A stretch of DNA of 64,000 nt from an uncultured Planctomycetales bacterium (GCA_947305735.1 CAMZEO010000001.1:6193-70192), one strand, 5' to 3'. Numbered from the stretch's first letter, positions 1 to 9,730 are shown. Notes: generated by a model not told the origin, from the sequence alone. Numbers and translations: made by a program.

Positions 1-768
1 CTTTTTCGGACAGGAATTCCAGCAGGAACCGCAGCCCGTGCACTTGGCGATATCGACGTAACGAGCCTTTTTACGAACGGTAACCTTGAAATTACCGACG
101 TAGCCGTCGACTTTTTCGACTTCCGAATAAGTCATTAATTTGATATTCGGATGTTGTCCGACTTCGACCATGCGCGGGGTCAAAATGCACTGCGAGCAGT
201 CGAGAGTCGGGAACGTTTCGGACAGTCCCGCCATCTTGCCGCCGACGGACGGTTCGCGTTCGACGAGAATCACCTCGACTCCGCCCGCCGCCAGGTCGAG
301 CGCCGCCTGAATACCGGCCACGCCGGCGCCGATAACCATCGCTCGTTTGGTGACGGGCACCTTGATCGGCTCGAGAGCGGCGTTGCGTCGCACTTTCGCG
401 ACTGCCATGCCGATGAGCTCGATCGCCTTTGCGGTCGCGACTTCCTTATTGCCGTGAACCCAGGAGCACTGCTCCCGAATGTTCGCCATCTCGACGAGAT
501 ACGGATTGACGCCCGCAAGCTCTGCGGTCTTGCGGAACGTCTTGAGATGCATGTGAGGAGAGCAACTTGCGACGACGACTCCGGTCAAGCCGAGTTCTTT
601 GATTTGCGTAGCGATCAACGATTGGCCCGGTTCGCTGCACATGTACTTGTAGTTCATACTGCAGACGACGCCCGGAAGTTTCGAAATCGCTTCGGAAACC
701 GCTTCAACGTCGACGTTACGAGCGATGTTCTCGCCGCACCAACATGTAAAAACGCCAATCTTAGCCAT
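1..768 (-). CDS. hdrA: HdrA-like FAD/FeS oxidoreductase (heterodisulfide reductase subunit A family). The first 256 codons are visible; the C-terminus runs off the left edge of the window.
   Basis: This gene is absent from the ORF track because it has no stop in the window. My reverse-complement translation from the ATG at 768..766 reads MAKIGVFTCWCGENIARNVDVEAV...KRAMVIGAGVAGIQAALDLAAGGVEVILVEREPSVGGKMAGLSETFPTLDCSQCILTPRMVEV...CTGCGSCWNSCPKK. It shows a GxGxxG dinucleotide fold, the FPTxDCSxCIL motif typical of HdrA, and a CxxCxxCxxxCP ferredoxin motif. The frame is open to position 1. Confidence 0.8.
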   Translation of the reverse strand, partial: MAKIGVFTCWCGENIARNVDVEAVSEAISKLPGVVCSMNYKYMCSEPGQSLIATQIKELGLTGVVVASCSPHMHLKTFRKTAELAGVNPYLVEMANIREQCSWVHGNKEVATAKAIELIGMAVAKVRRNAALEPIKVPVTKRAMVIGAGVAGIQAALDLAAGGVEVILVEREPSVGGKMAGLSETFPTLDCSQCILTPRMVEVGQHPNIKLMTYSEVEKVDGYVGNFKVTVRKKARYVDIAKCTGCGSCWNSCPKK

Positions 769-1683
769 TTAATTTTGTCTCGTTTGGTTGTTTAAACTTT
801 CAATGAATTCGTCCCAAAGCTCCTGGCACGACTTCCCGTACTCTTCGACGACAAATTTCTCGACGCTTCCGCGCGAACGAAACACGCCGTGAATCTTCTT
901 GATGAATTCGGCGTCGACGTTGCGAACAATCCAGTCGTAATAACTTGCGGTAACGCCGTAGCTGTCGGTATACTTCGAGCGTTTCGGATCGACGCGCCAA
1001 TGATTCTTCGAACGCGCTTCGGTGATAAAGTAGCGAATGTAGTCGGTCTCGCCTTCCATCGCCCAGGTTTCGCGAACGCGCGGATAAGCCTGCGCGACGT
1101 GAGTCGTTTCGTGAACGACCAGACCGAAATCGAGAGGATTGCGCTTGATATAACGGCTCGACACGGTAATCGAGCGACCGGCGGCGTACGCGACTCCGTC
1201 CATATCTTTAAAGATCAATTTGATCGTAAAATCATCTGGAATCTTGTCGACGGCTTCTTCGCCGTCGAGCATGGCGACGACTTTCGGATACCAGTAAAGC
1301 ACGCGACTCTTCGCGCGCTCGGCCCATTCTTCGGCGTCGGGAGCCTGAGAGCAATCGATCTCGACGTTGATCGTTTTCTTCGGAATCTCGCCAAGCCGGT
1401 TCCAGACCTCTTCAACGATAGGGCGGGCTTCTTCCGGGAAGCGAGAGATCGGTTCGAACGCGTCGATCTCGACATTTTTGCCGTCGACGTCGAGCGTGGC
1501 GAACGCCGCTTCCTGTCCCGCTTTTTGGAAGAGGATCTTTCCGCCGGAAGGAAGATCCTTCTCGATCTTGACAATCTCTTTTCCTTCTTCGTTTTTCGCG
1601 TTTTGATCGTTCTCCTGAGAGAAGCATAAACACGAAGTCGCGCAAAAAGCGACGACGCATATCCCATGTAGTAATCGTCTCAT
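769..1683 (-). CDS. Secreted BSP-family (peptidase of plants and bacteria, PF04450-like) putative zinc peptidase
   Basis: 304-aa ORF with a Sec-type signal (MRRLLHGICVVAFCATSCLCFSQ). An HExxH motif sits in the context GLVVHETTHVAQAYP, which resembles the basic-secretory-protein family as I remember it. Its stop TAA (771..769) abuts the hdrA ATG. Confidence 0.55.
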   Translation of the reverse strand: MRRLLHGICVVAFCATSCLCFSQENDQNAKNEEGKEIVKIEKDLPSGGKILFQKAGQEAAFATLDVDGKNVEIDAFEPISRFPEEARPIVEEVWNRLGEIPKKTINVEIDCSQAPDAEEWAERAKSRVLYWYPKVVAMLDGEEAVDKIPDDFTIKLIFKDMDGVAYAAGRSITVSSRYIKRNPLDFGLVVHETTHVAQAYPRVRETWAMEGETDYIRYFITEARSKNHWRVDPKRSKYTDSYGVTASYYDWIVRNVDAEFIKKIHGVFRSRGSVEKFVVEEYGKSCQELWDEFIESLNNQTRQN

Positions 1684-1741
1684 TGTTTTGTCCGCGTTAT
1701 AAAAGGCCTCGAACGGAAAAAGCCTTCATTCAGGGGAAGTT

Positions 1742-2719
1742 TTAGAAATAAAGGTTTTCACGAAGCAGCGCCAAACTCTTCGGAACGGCGGTATCGGGAC
1801 TTTCGCGCCCTTCAAATTCAAGGGAAACGTAGCCGCGATAATTATATTTTCGGAACAGTTCGCCGATTTTCGCGTAGTCGAGAGGCAACTCGTACCAAAC
1901 GCCGCCGCCGTAATAGGTCTTTGCCTGTACGAAATTCGCGCGAGGCATTAACGCTTCGATTTGTTCCATCGTGTCATCGAGGAAGTTGCCGGTGTCGACC
2001 ATGCAGCCCAGCCAGGGGGAATCGACCGCGTCGAGAATGCGAATCATCCCGGCGGCGGTGCGCGCCATGCCCCAGTGGTTCTCGAGACAAAGCATGACGC
2101 CGCGCGCTTCCGCGTATGGAACAAGTTCTTCAAACGCGGCTGCGCACCAGCCGAACGCGTCGTCGTCGGTATAGCCGTCGAGCGGTTTTTCGATTCCGCG
2201 ATGTTCCATAAGCGCGTCAAACGAGCCCCAGGAGTCCCAGCGACCGGTGTTTACGCGCAACGTCGGAATTCCCATTTCGTTCGCGACGTCGATACTGTGT
2301 TTCGTTTTTGCAATATTCGCCTTGCGTTCGTCGACGTCGGGACGAACGAACGTCTGATGGGTCGACATGCAACAAAGCGGTATGCCCGCCTTAAACGCCT
2401 CCCGGCGCAATTCGTGCAAATACTTTAAATCAGTTCGATCGAGCTGTTGCTCGAGAACCTCGAACGCGTCGAAGCCAAGTTCGGCGGTTTTGCGAAGACA
2501 CTGATCCATAGGCGCGGAGACGTCTTCGTCGAAATGCCAGTAGCAATAGCTCGACGCGGAAATCAAATTGCCTCGCCGAGCGCCGGAAGCCGCGGCGGTT
2601 TCTCGAGCGCAAGCCGACGCGCTTAACGACGCGACGACGGACGCGCCGAACGCGGCGGCGGTCGTCGCGCGGAAAAAAGACCGACGATCGCAACGCGAAG
2701 ATTCGTTTCGATTGGTCAT
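1742..2719 (-). CDS. TAT-signal sugar phosphate isomerase/epimerase (xylose isomerase-like TIM barrel)
   Basis: 325-aa ORF. The N-terminus carries a twin-arginine motif (SRCDRRSFFRATTAAAFGASVV). The body has TIM-barrel AP-endonuclease-2-like motifs (FDAFEV, LCLENHWG, DTGNF). Confidence 0.75.
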   Translation of the reverse strand: MTNRNESSRCDRRSFFRATTAAAFGASVVASLSASACARETAAASGARRGNLISASSYCYWHFDEDVSAPMDQCLRKTAELGFDAFEVLEQQLDRTDLKYLHELRREAFKAGIPLCCMSTHQTFVRPDVDERKANIAKTKHSIDVANEMGIPTLRVNTGRWDSWGSFDALMEHRGIEKPLDGYTDDDAFGWCAAAFEELVPYAEARGVMLCLENHWGMARTAAGMIRILDAVDSPWLGCMVDTGNFLDDTMEQIEALMPRANFVQAKTYYGGGVWYELPLDYAKIGELFRKYNYRGYVSLEFEGRESPDTAVPKSLALLRENLYF

Positions 2720-2755
2720 AGCGTTCGCCTCCTTTGGGGTTTCAACGTCGTCTAA

Positions 2756-3613
2756 TCACGCCTTTTTCAGTTCTTCGGGGATCGCGACGTAACGCTTGGC
2801 AAGGTCGAGGTCGGTCGCGCCGATTCCAAGAGCCATCGCGACCAGGTCGGAAAGATAGAAGATCGGAACGTCTTTGGCGAGACCAAGTTTCTTCGCGTCG
2901 GCCTGACGCATATCAAGATTCACTTGGCACATCGGACACGCGACGACGACGCAGTTGGCGCCATGATCGAGCGCGTCTTGCAAAATCTGGCGCGTCTGTT
3001 GAGCGACCGCCGTTTCGTCGCAAAGAGTCAATCCGGCGCCGCAACAGACCGTCTTGCAATTCCAGTCGACGGGCGACGCGCCGAGTTTCGTCAAGAGCTC
3101 TTCCATCGACGTCGGGTCTTCTGGATCGTCGAATTTCAGCGTTTTGGGCGGTCTGGTGAGCAAACATCCGTAATAGCAAGCCGGCTTAAACGCTTCAAGC
3201 TTGCCGGTCGTCTTCTCGACGATCGCGTCGTATCCAACCGCCTGAAAGACTTGAATAAGGTTCCAGACGTCGATTTCGCCGCTCACGGGCGTCTCGACGA
3301 TTTCCTCCATTTCCTTGCGGAGCGCGGCGTCTGATTGAAGCTCGTCGCTCGCCTTTTTGAGTTCCATAGAACACATTGGACACGGCGCGAAAACCTGCTT
3401 GAGACTCATTTTCTCCGCTATCCCAAGATTGCGCGCGGGAAGGGCGACCGACAATTTATGGTTGATCGAGTGCGCGGCGGTGGCTCCGCAACAAATCCAG
3501 TCGTCAAGTTCGTCCAGTTGGACGTCCAACGCCTTTAAACAAGCGCGAACCGACGTTTCGTAATCGGCGGAAGAACCGTGCAACGCGCAACCGGGGTAAT
3601 ATCCGATATTCAT
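2756..3613 (-). CDS. hdrB: HdrB-like cysteine-rich (CCG domain) subunit
   Basis: 285-aa ORF. It starts MNIGYYPGCALHGS and contains two CCG-type cysteine clusters (WICCGAT, APCPMCS; KTVCCGAG, ACPMCQ), as in HdrB and SdhE-type subunits. Confidence 0.75.
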   Translation of the reverse strand: MNIGYYPGCALHGSSADYETSVRACLKALDVQLDELDDWICCGATAAHSINHKLSVALPARNLGIAEKMSLKQVFAPCPMCSMELKKASDELQSDAALRKEMEEIVETPVSGEIDVWNLIQVFQAVGYDAIVEKTTGKLEAFKPACYYGCLLTRPPKTLKFDDPEDPTSMEELLTKLGASPVDWNCKTVCCGAGLTLCDETAVAQQTRQILQDALDHGANCVVVACPMCQVNLDMRQADAKKLGLAKDVPIFYLSDLVAMALGIGATDLDLAKRYVAIPEELKKA

Positions 3614-3790
3614 TTCCTTAATAATCCTTCCCGTAGCGGACGTCCGAACGACAAAAAAGCGCGAACAAATTCGCGGAATATCGCCGTCCGGAACAAGAAG
3701 TCACGTGTAACGCCTCTGATGAAGCGCGCGTTAAAAACGCCAAAAGGAGCGTGGCGACGCGCCTAACGCTCCTCCGAACGAACGACGACG

Positions 3791-4357
3791 TCACAGTTCG
3801 ACGCCGCATTTTGCGAATATTCGTTTGACAAGCTCCTTATCTTTGACGGGAGAGCCAAGAGCAAAATGCATCTTGCCGCGAGCGATCATCTTCGGACCAA
3901 GCAGCCCCGTGTTGATCGCGTTCAAGACGTCGAAGCGGCGGAAGAAATACCTCGTTTCAAAATCGGTCGCCATTTCCACTTCGTTCGTTCGACCGTTGCG
4001 GCGGACGTTGCGCAGAAACGCCTTTTGAAAACCGACGATTTTCGCGGATTTGGAGGACGTGGAATTCGTCTCGATAGCTATCTGGCGAAGCGCGTCGACC
4101 ACGCCCGACACGTTCACCGATTTCGGACATCGCGCCGAGCAGGTCAGACAGGAGAGGCAACGCCAAATGGAGTCGGCTCGCGCGGCCGGCAAGACTTCTC
4201 CAATTTGAACGGCGCGCATCATGCGCGTCGGCGGCATATCCATAAACGCGCCGCGCGGACAGCCCGCCGTGCATTTTCCGCACTGATAACAGTCGCTTAA
4301 CCGAGTATGCGCCAACTCTTCGACTCGAGCCTTCCAGTCTTGATTCGGCTTCTCCAT
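3791..4357 (-). CDS. hdrC: HdrC-like 4Fe-4S dicluster subunit
   Basis: 188-aa ORF with CYQCGKCTAGCP and CLSCLTCSARCP ferredoxin motifs. It lies directly upstream of the hdrB-like gene on the same strand. Confidence 0.75.
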   Translation of the reverse strand: MEKPNQDWKARVEELAHTRLSDCYQCGKCTAGCPRGAFMDMPPTRMMRAVQIGEVLPAARADSIWRCLSCLTCSARCPKSVNVSGVVDALRQIAIETNSTSSKSAKIVGFQKAFLRNVRRNGRTNEVEMATDFETRYFFRRFDVLNAINTGLLGPKMIARGKMHFALGSPVKDKELVKRIFAKCGVEL

Positions 4358-4827
4358 ATCCCGTCTCCAAGGTCAATTCTCTAGTGAACACAAACCGCCG
4401 AGCCGATTAGAAAAAGGACGCGCGCCGCTTCGTCTCCCAACGGCGCGCTCTTCAAAACGGCTTTGCTTATTTTTTGTCGTCTTACGACGCGCGGGACAAA
4501 ACCTTTTCGGCGGCGTCGAGGCGAACTCGCCCCAACGAGCCGACCGCCCATTTTAACGCGGAGCGGCGGCAAAAACAAGTTTTTTGCAAATTTTTCCGCC
4601 TCGTCGAAAAAACTGAGGTATAATCGACGCGACCGCGTTGACGCCGGGGGCGAAAGTCCACAATTTCAACAAAAACGCGCGCGGCGTAGAACGTCGCAAC
4701 CGTGATATTATCGACTTATTTGCATAAGTCAACCTAAAAATAAAATTTTACTGATTAATTGGCGGCTTTACGCGATTCGGCGGAAAGAGCACAAATAGAA
4801 AACGTTCCCGAACGACGTCCGCGAAAA

Positions 4828-6237
4828 ATGAACAAGTTAAGAGTCTACTTTTACGGGACGTTGTGTTCCGCGACAAAGCGCGAGGCGGAAAACGCGGCGC
4901 GCGAGGCGGGTTATCGCGTCGCTTCCTCCTTGAACGATTCCCCCGACGTCGTCGTTTTAGGCGAAGGCGAACCGCTTGCGCAAACGCGCGCGCGGCTCTC
5001 GGAAGAATTTGACGACGACTCGCAAGAACTCTTTGAATCGGGACGTCTTGAACTCGTCTCGGAAAGGGATTTTTTCAAGCGAGCGCGCCGCCGCGAGGCG
5101 GAAGCAGACGGAACATTCGATCAATCGCGCGCGGCTCCGCGACACACGCCCGCCGCGGTCGCGGAACTCGTCGGCGTTTCGGTCGCGACGATCCGGCGCT
5201 GGCATAAACGCGGTCTGCTCGCGCCCGTCAATCAATCGTCGCGTCTGGCGCTATTTTCCACAAACGAAGCGCTCGTCGCCAAAAGACTCGTCTTTTTATG
5301 TTCAACCGGACTATCCGAAGAATTCGTCGCCAAACGTCTTTTCGCGTTTTACGAGAAGACGGTCGCGCAAGCGGCGAGTTCGTCGGAAACGGCGCCAAAT
5401 TCCCTTTTTTCGTCGGACGCGTTCGAGTCGTTCAAACCGTCGTCTCTTTCGGAAATCATCTTAAAATCGACCCTTTCCAGCGACGGACGCGACGTGTTGT
5501 ACCTTGGCGAATCGGGACCGATCGACGTTCGAGGGCAACGTCGCTTCGACTTTACCGCGTTTCCTACCGACGGATCGTTTGAAACGCCGACGTCCGCGCA
5601 ACTTTCGGAAGAAGAGGAGCAAATAGCGCTCGCGGAGCGTCTCGCCGCCTGGAACAAAGCGTCGACCGACGCGTCCGGACGCCCCGCCCTGCTTGAACTT
5701 TTTGACGAAGACGCGTCCGTTGAATTCGAAAAAGAGCAAGAAACGGCCGACGCCTCTTCAAAAACTCGAAAAATCGTTCAACTCTGTCAAAGAGCTTGGA
5801 GTTTAGAACGCGAAGGCTACTGGGAAGAGGCGGAACTTGTTTATCGTTCCGCCGCGCTCGCGGGAGGGCACGAGCCCGACGTCTGCTACAGGCTGGGCAA
5901 GTTGCTCTTCCTGCTCGGCGATTACTCGGCCGCCAGGGAACGGTTCTATTGCGCGCTTGAACTCGACGGCGATTACGTCGACGCTAAAATCGAACTGGGC
6001 AAAACGTTAGTCGCGCTCGGCGATTATGGCGCCGCGCTCGACCGCCTTGTCGAGGCGGTCGCTCTCAGACCTCGGGATCCCGCCTTGCGCGTCGAATTAG
6101 GCAAGACCTATTTGTGCGTCGGGAAAAAGAGCGACGCCGAACGCGAATTCCGAGCGGCGATCGAAAGAATCGACGACGTTAAATTGGCCGACGACGTCGA
6201 AAGACTGCTGCTGACGCTCGCATTAAGAGACGAATAA
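4828..6237 (+). CDS. BRCT-like / MerR-type HTH / TPR multidomain putative regulator
   Basis: The track ORF is 4759..6237 with a TTG start. The first ATG is at 4828 (MNKLRVYFYG). Three elements are visible: a BRCT-like segment (VYFYGTLCSATKREAENAAREAGYRVASSLNDSPDVVVLGEGE), a MerR-like HTH (TPAAVAELVGVSVATIRRWHKRGLL), and C-terminal TPR repeats (YRLGKLLFLLGDYSAARERFYCALELDGDY...). Confidence 0.65.
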   Translation: MNKLRVYFYGTLCSATKREAENAAREAGYRVASSLNDSPDVVVLGEGEPLAQTRARLSEEFDDDSQELFESGRLELVSERDFFKRARRREAEADGTFDQSRAAPRHTPAAVAELVGVSVATIRRWHKRGLLAPVNQSSRLALFSTNEALVAKRLVFLCSTGLSEEFVAKRLFAFYEKTVAQAASSSETAPNSLFSSDAFESFKPSSLSEIILKSTLSSDGRDVLYLGESGPIDVRGQRRFDFTAFPTDGSFETPTSAQLSEEEEQIALAERLAAWNKASTDASGRPALLELFDEDASVEFEKEQETADASSKTRKIVQLCQRAWSLEREGYWEEAELVYRSAALAGGHEPDVCYRLGKLLFLLGDYSAARERFYCALELDGDYVDAKIELGKTLVALGDYGAALDRLVEAVALRPRDPALRVELGKTYLCVGKKSDAEREFRAAIERIDDVKLADDVERLLLTLALRDE

Positions 6238-7472
6238 TGACGAACGCTTTTAATGGAAACCGCCGCGCGGAACGACCCGACAAGGCGTTTCGCGAGGAAA
6301 CGCCCTACAAATTATTTCTTCTGTCCATCGTCTTTTCCGCGTTGGGATACGGAATCTATAAAGGCGTCGTCGACAATTTCTTCGCGGAAGCGGTCGCCAT
6401 GACTCAATTTGACCGCGGCGTCGCCGAATTTTTCCGCGAATTGCCGGGTCTTATGCTCGTTTTTCTCCTGGCGGCGTTTTATACGTTTTCAGCGGAGCGT
6501 TTTTACAAAATCGGGGCGGTGATCGTCTTGATCGGCATGGCGATCATTTCCGTCGTTCCGTCGACAAAAGTCTGGGCGATTCTCGCGACTTTCGTCTATT
6601 CGCTTGGCGATCATATCCAAATCGGCATGAAAAACGCGCTGTCGCTCCAATACGCAAAAGAAGGACGCGGAGGACTCGCGCTCGGACGTCAAACCGCCGT
6701 TTCTCAAATCGGCAATTTGGCGGGCTACGCGAGCGTTATCGTCGCTTTCCTCTTTTTTCTCTCGGGCAAGCCTTATAAAGGCTTTTTCATGGCCTCGGGA
6801 GTTCTCATGGCGTTCAGTATGTTCGCGAGTTTCGGCCTGAAAACGCAAAGCGCGACCAATAAGAACAACAGCCGATTCTACTTCCGCAAAAAGTACCGCA
6901 AATTCTATATGCTCGAAGTTTTTTACGGCGCGCGAAAACAGGTTTTCTTCACGTTCGGTCCCTATGTTCTTATTCTGCTTTACGGAGCCGGCGCGGGAGA
7001 CATATCGTTTTTATACGCGATTTCCGCGATCGCGTGTTTCCTGGCGTCGCCGCTGGTCGGAAAAATGATCGATCGGTTCGGGTACAAGACGATTATGATC
7101 GCCGACACGCTCTTGCTCGTCGTCGTGTGCTTCTTTTACGGATTCGCGCATCATCTGTTCTCAATGCGGACGGCGTTTTACGTCTGTTGCGTCAACTATG
7201 TTCTCGATTCGGTGATTTCGCTCGCGTCGATGGCGACAAACGTTTACGTTCAGGATATTTCAGAAACGAAAGACGAAATACAGAAGACCGTCTCGACGGG
7301 ACTGTCGGTCAACCATTTGATCACGGTTCTAATCGCCCTCTTCGGAGGTTGGATATGGATGAAGCTTGGCGTCGAAACGCTTTTTATCCTATCCGCCGCG
7401 CTCGGGTTATGCAACAGCGCTTACGCGGCGACCGTCAAAACGGGCAAACAACTCGGAATCGGGAAAGAATAA
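6237..7472 (+). CDS. MFS-like polytopic membrane transporter
   Basis: 411-aa ORF with about 12 hydrophobic segments in an MFS-like layout. Its ATG overlaps the upstream stop (TAATG at 6235..6239). Confidence 0.6.
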   Translation: MTNAFNGNRRAERPDKAFREETPYKLFLLSIVFSALGYGIYKGVVDNFFAEAVAMTQFDRGVAEFFRELPGLMLVFLLAAFYTFSAERFYKIGAVIVLIGMAIISVVPSTKVWAILATFVYSLGDHIQIGMKNALSLQYAKEGRGGLALGRQTAVSQIGNLAGYASVIVAFLFFLSGKPYKGFFMASGVLMAFSMFASFGLKTQSATNKNNSRFYFRKKYRKFYMLEVFYGARKQVFFTFGPYVLILLYGAGAGDISFLYAISAIACFLASPLVGKMIDRFGYKTIMIADTLLLVVVCFFYGFAHHLFSMRTAFYVCCVNYVLDSVISLASMATNVYVQDISETKDEIQKTVSTGLSVNHLITVLIALFGGWIWMKLGVETLFILSAALGLCNSAYAATVKTGKQLGIGKE

Positions 7473-7628
7473 ACGCTCGAATTCTCAGGCGCGCGAACCG
7501 TCGACGATCGCCCGAAAGAAAATCTATTGACTATTTGACGTTGCGAGCGTATCATTCGGCGACGACGCGCGGCGTTCGCGCCTCGCGCAACCACCGCTTT
7601 TCAACCGTTATTACGAACGTTCCGACCA

Positions 7629-8543
7629 ATGTCGAAAAATCTTGATCTTAAAACCGCGCTCATCGTCACGACGTACAACAAACCTGATTTATTGGAAATC
7701 GTTCTGGAAACGGCTCTTCGACAAAAAACGCCGCCCTATGAAATTATTGTCGCGGACGACGGTTCCGGAGAAGAAACCGAGCGCGTCGTTCGAGAAGCGG
7801 CTAAAAAATCAACGTCGACGATCAAGCACGTTTGGCAGGAGGATCGCGGATTCAGACTCAATCCCTCCCGAAACAACGCGATCGCCGTCTCGGAATCGGA
7901 ATACGCGACGCTTATCGACGGAGACTGCTTTCTCGGAGAATGGTTCGTTCACGACCATATTTGTTTCGCGCGTCCGGGAAGGTTTGTCGCGGGAACGCGC
8001 GCGCATTTCAACGAGAAGGCGCGCGAAAGAATCCTTAAAACGCGCGACGTCGACGTCAATTTCTTTACCGGAGGCGCGAGCAAGAGATTTAATCTCATTC
8101 GCTCCTTGACGCTCGCCAGAATAATGTCCGGCTATCAGCCTGACAAGTCGAAAAACGCGGAATATCCGGAGTGGCGCGGGGGACTGGCCGGCGCTAATTT
8201 GGCGTTTTTTCGAGCCGACGCCGTTCGCGTCAACGGGTTTAACGAAATTTGGACTCATTACGGAGACGACGACAGGGAATTTTGCGCAAGATTAGAGCGA
8301 AGCGGCGTCCGAAGATATAAAGTCCGTCACTACGCCGCCAATTATCACTTCAAACACGACGTTCGACTCGGAGTCGTCGACACGGCGCGAAGACTGACGC
8401 CGACAAGTCCGGAATACCTGGCGTCGTTAGACGAAACGCGAACGCGATGCGTCGACGCGTTCGGACTTACGCGGGCGCTTTCCCAAACGCGCCCTCCCGT
8501 CGTCCGCGAGGGACGCTATCAAAAGTACGTCTTCAACGAATAG
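7629..8543 (+). CDS. Family 2 glycosyltransferase
   Basis: 304-aa ORF. The N-terminus is GT2-like (VTTYNKPDLLEIVLETALRQKTPPYEIIVADDGSGEETERVV). A DGD motif and a galactosyltransferase-C-like segment (GANLAFFRADAVRVNGFNE) follow. Confidence 0.75.
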   Translation: MSKNLDLKTALIVTTYNKPDLLEIVLETALRQKTPPYEIIVADDGSGEETERVVREAAKKSTSTIKHVWQEDRGFRLNPSRNNAIAVSESEYATLIDGDCFLGEWFVHDHICFARPGRFVAGTRAHFNEKARERILKTRDVDVNFFTGGASKRFNLIRSLTLARIMSGYQPDKSKNAEYPEWRGGLAGANLAFFRADAVRVNGFNEIWTHYGDDDREFCARLERSGVRRYKVRHYAANYHFKHDVRLGVVDTARRLTPTSPEYLASLDETRTRCVDAFGLTRALSQTRPPVVREGRYQKYVFNE

Positions 8544-8567
8544 AACGGCGCCGGGACCGCGCGGTTT

Positions 8568-8963
8568 TTAGAAATCGGCCAGATAAATCCCAATGGAAAT
8601 CTGTTTGAAATTCCCGCGACGCTCCTTGATTTCCGTAATAGTCGCGAAGAGAGCTTTGCCCGCGTCCATAAGGCGCGAAAAGATCAAATTGTCTTTTTCG
8701 GGAATGTATCCGAGTTTTTGACCGTCGGAAGTCAGAATTAGTATCGCCTTGGAATCGAACTTATTGTTCTCGCGACGCAACGCGAGTTTGTCGCCGACTT
8801 TTACTTTGTCGAGAACGCCGCTATCCTCGAGAAAGGACGTTCCGGCGACAAAGGAATCGAACAAATGTATCTCTTTGACAAGAGGCTTGATCATCGCTTC
8901 GACGCCCTGTTTCGCGGCGATCGAAACAACCCCCTCTTTGTCGCTTATCGTCAGTTCTCCCAC
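8568..8963 (-). CDS. Stand-alone HIRAN domain protein
   Basis: 131-aa ORF with a GTG start at 8963; an alternative ATG is at 8894. The segment FVAGTSFLEDSGVLDKVKVGDKLALRRENNKFDSKAILILTSDGQKLGYIPEKDNLIFSRLMDAGKALFATITEI follows the HIRAN pattern seen in HLTF (G..Y...V..G..L.L.R.P.N.yD.nAI.v....G..lGyip...a..l..lmD). Confidence 0.7.
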   Translation of the reverse strand: MGELTISDKEGVVSIAAKQGVEAMIKPLVKEIHLFDSFVAGTSFLEDSGVLDKVKVGDKLALRRENNKFDSKAILILTSDGQKLGYIPEKDNLIFSRLMDAGKALFATITEIKERRGNFKQISIGIYLADF

Positions 8964-9730
8964 CGAATTATCGCTCCGTTCATCAGAAACGTTTCCAAAA
9001 GGCTCTGAAGCTCTTCTTCGTAGGCCGCGTACTCCTCGATTTCTCGTTGAAGTTCGTCCTTCTTTTCGGCAATCAGCGCCTCGTCTTCAAGCAATTCTTT
9101 GTACCGATACGGGTCGGTTGAAATAATGGCGTCAATCTCTTTTTCAAGCGCTCCGATCCGACGCTCAACGTTGGAAATCTCTATTTTATCGTAGTTCGCG
9201 CCTTCGCTTTCCAAAACTTTGGAAACGACGACCTCAAGTTCGGATATCTCTTTGAGATCGTTTCGACGATAAGCGTCGACGACTCTATTCCAAAGCTCGA
9301 ACAGCTTCTCGTTTTCCGCAGTCGCCGGAAACATGTCGGGGTGAAACTTCTTAACCAATTTTCGGTAAATATGTTTAATCTTCATCAGATCGCTTTCACA
9401 AACTTCGCCAAGACTCTTGCTGGCTTCGACGTCGTTTATCATCTTCTGAAGACGTTTGTTATATTCCGACATTTCGGCGGCTATATAGTCGCGAAGCGCG
9501 TTCCGATCGACGGACTCTCCGACGTTCGCCCGAACCTGACAGTACGCGAGCGACTTCTTTTTCTCAATACAGCTTATCTTCTTTTGAAACGCCTCGATCA
9601 TAAGCGAACCGAATTCGCGGATATACTCGCGATAATACTCTTCCGCAAGGCGACGGTAACGATCGCGTTCCAACAACAGCTTCTCGTACCGTCGATAGAG
9701 GTCGTCGCTTGATTTGACAAGATCCGTCAT
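8951..9730 (-). CDS. J-domain (DnaJ-like, HPD motif) coiled-coil protein
   Basis: 259-aa ORF. A central J domain (IKHIYRKLVKKFHPDMFPATAENEKLFELWNRVVDAYRRNDLKEISELE) has an intact HPD and is flanked by charged coiled-coil-like sequence. Its ATG (9730..9728) overlaps the upstream stop as ATGA. Confidence 0.75.
   Translation of the reverse strand: MTDLVKSSDDLYRRYEKLLLERDRYRRLAEEYYREYIREFGSLMIEAFQKKISCIEKKKSLAYCQVRANVGESVDRNALRDYIAAEMSEYNKRLQKMINDVEASKSLGEVCESDLMKIKHIYRKLVKKFHPDMFPATAENEKLFELWNRVVDAYRRNDLKEISELEVVVSKVLESEGANYDKIEISNVERRIGALEKEIDAIISTDPYRYKELLEDEALIAEKKDELQREIEEYAAYEEELQSLLETFLMNGAIIRWEN

Noticed and set aside
151-795. Plus-strand 214-aa ORF at the left edge.
   Set aside because: It is antisense to the hdrA-like gene, whose reverse-strand translation carries clear GxGxxG, FPTxDCSxC and ferredoxin motifs. 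The plus-strand product has no motifs and an Arg/Asp/His-rich composition.
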